Shown piece after piece: positions 61,968-64,000 of a stretch of DNA of 64,000 nt. The notes beneath the pieces were generated by a model. It had not been told where the DNA came from and did no database searches. It saw only the letters and a program-made list of their open reading frames with translations. The stretch is from an archaeon. Lineage in GTDB: Archaea; Micrarchaeota; Micrarchaeia; Anstonellales; Anstonellaceae. The DNA is taken from assembly GCA_020056635.1 (NCBI GenBank), contig JAGVHI010000016.1:4702-68701 (forward strand), in the 5' to 3' direction. Each line of letters opens with the position of its first letter. Within the stretch, counting starts at the first letter, position 1. The position numbers were made by a program, and so were the translations under genes.

Positions 61968-63727
61968 TTAAGAGGTGTGAACATATGGGAATGCTCAAAA
62001 AAATATCCGGCCCCGTGGTTGTTGCTTCAGGCATGGCAGGCACAAAGATGTACGATGTCGCGAAAGTGGGCGAAATGGAGCTCATGGGCGAGGTCATCAA
62101 AATTGTTGGCGAGGATGTCACAATCCAGGTGTATGAAGACACCTCGGGCTTAAAGCCGGGGGAAAAAGTGGTCTCCACAGGCGAGCCCCTATCGCTCGAA
62201 CTCGGGCCGGGGCTGCTAAAGAGCATTTACGACGGAATACAGAGACCCCTTGAGCTCATTGCGAAAAAGTGCGGCCCGTTCATTGCACGCGGGATATATG
62301 TCCCTCCAATTGACCACAAAAAACAATGGGAATTCCAGCCCTACATGAAAAAGGGCGCCAAAGTAGTCCGGGGTGACATTCTCGGCGTTGTGCAGGAAAC
62401 CGAGCTTATCGAGCACCGGATCATGTCCCAGTTTGACGGCACGCTTGAAGTCCTTGAATCCGGGAACTTCACTATTGAAGAGGATATCGGAAAAATAAAA
62501 ATAGGCGAGAAATCCGCAGATGTCCAGATGGCAAGCAGGTGGTTCGTGCGAAAGCCGCGGCCATATGCTGAAAAGCTCGACCCTAACCTGCCGCTCATCA
62601 CGGGGCAGAGGATTGTGGACATGTTCTTTCCCATTGCAAAAGGAGGGACTGCCTGCGTGCCCGGCCCGTTCGGCTCGGGAAAAACAGTCACGCAGCACCA
62701 ATTCGCAAAATGGTCTGACACGCAGCTTGTGGTTTACGTGGGATGCGGGGAGCGCGGAAATGAAATGACCGAGGTGCTCACAGAATTCCCGCACTTAATC
62801 GACCCGAAAAGCGGAAAGCCGCTTATGGAGCGGACAGTGCTCATTGCGAACACATCGAACATGCCGGTGGCTGCAAGGGAAGCATCGGTTTACACCGGAA
62901 TCACTATCGCGGAGTATTACAGGGATATGGGTTACGATGTGTCCCTGATGGCGGATTCCACCTCAAGGTGGGCAGAGGCCATGAGGGAAATTGGGGGAAG
63001 GCTGGAAGAGATGCCCGGTGAAGAAGGATATCCAGCTTACCTGGCGCGAAGGCTTGCCGAGTTCTATGAGCGCGCTGGCAGGGTGCAGTGCCTTGGCAGC
63101 GATAAGCGCCATGGCTCGGTCACTGTTATCGGGGCCGTTTCCCCGCCCGGCGGCGACATTAACGAGCCGGTTTCGCAGAACACCCTGCGCGTTACGAAAG
63201 TGTTCCTGGCACTGGATGCCTCTTTGGCACAGCGCAGGCACTTCCCGGCTTTCCACTGGCTGCGAAGCTACTCGCTATACACAAACAATTTGGACAACTG
63301 GTACCTGACGAATATTTCCTCGGACTGGACGAGGCTGCGCTCCGAAGCAATGGCACTATTGCAAAAGGAAGCGGAGCTGCAGGAGATTGTTCAGCTGGTC
63401 GGGCCTGATGCCCTGCCTGAAAAGGAGCAGTGCGTGCTGAACACTACCAAAATGATCCGTGAGGACTTCCTGCAGCAGTCCGCGTTCCATGAGGTGGACA
63501 CGTACTCAAGCATGCAAAAACAGTATCTTATGCTCCGGAACATTCTCAAGTTCCACGAGCGCGCCATGGCGACAATCGACCTTGGCGTTCAGCTAAAGCG
63601 GATTCTTGAGATTCCGATACGCGAAAAGATTGCGAGGATGAAGGAAATTCCGGAAGCGGAACTCAAATCGCTTGATGCGCTGGGCGGGCAGATTGAGGCT
63701 GAGTTTGAAAAAGTTGCGAAGAAGTAA
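61964..63727 (+). CDS. atpA: A-type ATP synthase catalytic subunit A
   Basis: Walker A GPFGSGKTV, plus VYVGCGERGNEM and a non-homologous-region insert. The length (587 aa) shows no intein. The start may be the ATG at 61985. Confidence 0.95.
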   Translation: MIKRCEHMGMLKKISGPVVVASGMAGTKMYDVAKVGEMELMGEVIKIVGEDVTIQVYEDTSGLKPGEKVVSTGEPLSLELGPGLLKSIYDGIQRPLELIAKKCGPFIARGIYVPPIDHKKQWEFQPYMKKGAKVVRGDILGVVQETELIEHRIMSQFDGTLEVLESGNFTIEEDIGKIKIGEKSADVQMASRWFVRKPRPYAEKLDPNLPLITGQRIVDMFFPIAKGGTACVPGPFGSGKTVTQHQFAKWSDTQLVVYVGCGERGNEMTEVLTEFPHLIDPKSGKPLMERTVLIANTSNMPVAAREASVYTGITIAEYYRDMGYDVSLMADSTSRWAEAMREIGGRLEEMPGEEGYPAYLARRLAEFYERAGRVQCLGSDKRHGSVTVIGAVSPPGGDINEPVSQNTLRVTKVFLALDASLAQRRHFPAFHWLRSYSLYTNNLDNWYLTNISSDWTRLRSEAMALLQKEAELQEIVQLVGPDALPEKEQCVLNTTKMIREDFLQQSAFHEVDTYSSMQKQYLMLRNILKFHERAMATIDLGVQLKRILEIPIREKIARMKEIPEAELKSLDALGGQIEAEFEKVAKK

Positions 63728-63759
63728 AATGCAAATGCAGAAAGCTTGAAAGCAAAATG

Positions 63760-63798
63760 GAAAATATCCGGAAGCAAAAATAGAAAGTGAAAATATCC
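63760..63798 (+). repeat. Two copies of GAAAATATCC in the A-rich atpA-atpB spacer
   Basis: Copies at 63760-63769 and 63789-63798. Confidence 0.7.
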
Positions 63799-63840
63799 CT
63801 AAGAAAATATGAAAAGCGCTTGAAAAAATGGGTGGTTTGG

Positions 63841-64000
63841 ATGAAAGAATATCAAACAGTCACGCAAATCGCAGGGCCGCTGGTCTTCGTGTCTGGCGTG
63901 GACGGCGTGGGCTACAATGAGCTTGTAGAGGTAACGCTGCCCTCAGGAGAGCGCAAGAAAGGGCAGGTGCTGGAAACAAGCAAAGGGCTTGCAATCATCC
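63841..64000 (+). CDS. atpB: A-type ATP synthase subunit B (5' fragment, runs off the window)
   Basis: MKEYQTVTQIAGPLVFVSGVDGVGYNELVEV... A GGGTGG SD lies upstream. Confidence 0.85.
   Translation, partial: MKEYQTVTQIAGPLVFVSGVDGVGYNELVEVTLPSGERKKGQVLETSKGLAII

Noticed and set aside
1-64000. CRISPR arrays, rRNA genes, integrases, transposases or IS elements.
   Set aside because: I saw no regularly spaced direct repeats and no rRNA-like conserved stretches. No ORF has recombinase or transposase motifs. The only att-like signal is the 15-nt tRNA 3' duplicate, reported separately.

Overview
This window is an archaeal chromosomal segment with about 50 protein genes and one intron-containing tRNA. 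I saw no rRNA, CRISPR array, integrase or transposase. The archaeal call rests on several markers. They are a tRNA-Leu(UAA) with a 108-nt intron at the canonical 37/38 position, ribosomal protein L41e, membrane-bound LonB, FEN1, a PAC2 proteasome chaperone, an RPA-like OB-fold protein, RtcB, an archaeal CTP-type riboflavin kinase fused to a wHTH domain, and an A1Ao ATP synthase operon in the order H-I-K-E-C-F-A-B. The lineage cannot be fixed without searches. The right half (34-64 kb) is mostly housekeeping. The left half looks accessory and holds the interesting material:
(1) A tightly coupled operon of a HerA/FtsK-type ATPase plus two paralogous, internally duplicated cysteine-ladder proteins of unknown family.
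(2) Two paralogous proteins of about 1000 aa flanking rtcB. Both combine NlpC/P60-like Cys/His motifs, lytic-transglycosylase (SLT)-like motifs and a peptidoglycan-binding-like motif, in an organism that should not make murein.
(3) A 15-nt duplication of the tRNA 3' end next to an isonitrile-synthase (PvcA/Dit1)-like gene.
(4) An extracytoplasmic heme/flavin module: a cyt-b5-like lipoprotein, a ferric-reductase-like membrane protein, an FMN-binding lipoprotein and ApbE.
(5) A 12.5-kb operon of two giant secreted subtilase/FG-GAP-repeat proteins. These bracket a protein ending in a textbook bacterial T9SS-type C-terminal sorting domain.
All functional calls are motif-level readings of the translated ORFs. 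No database search was run.
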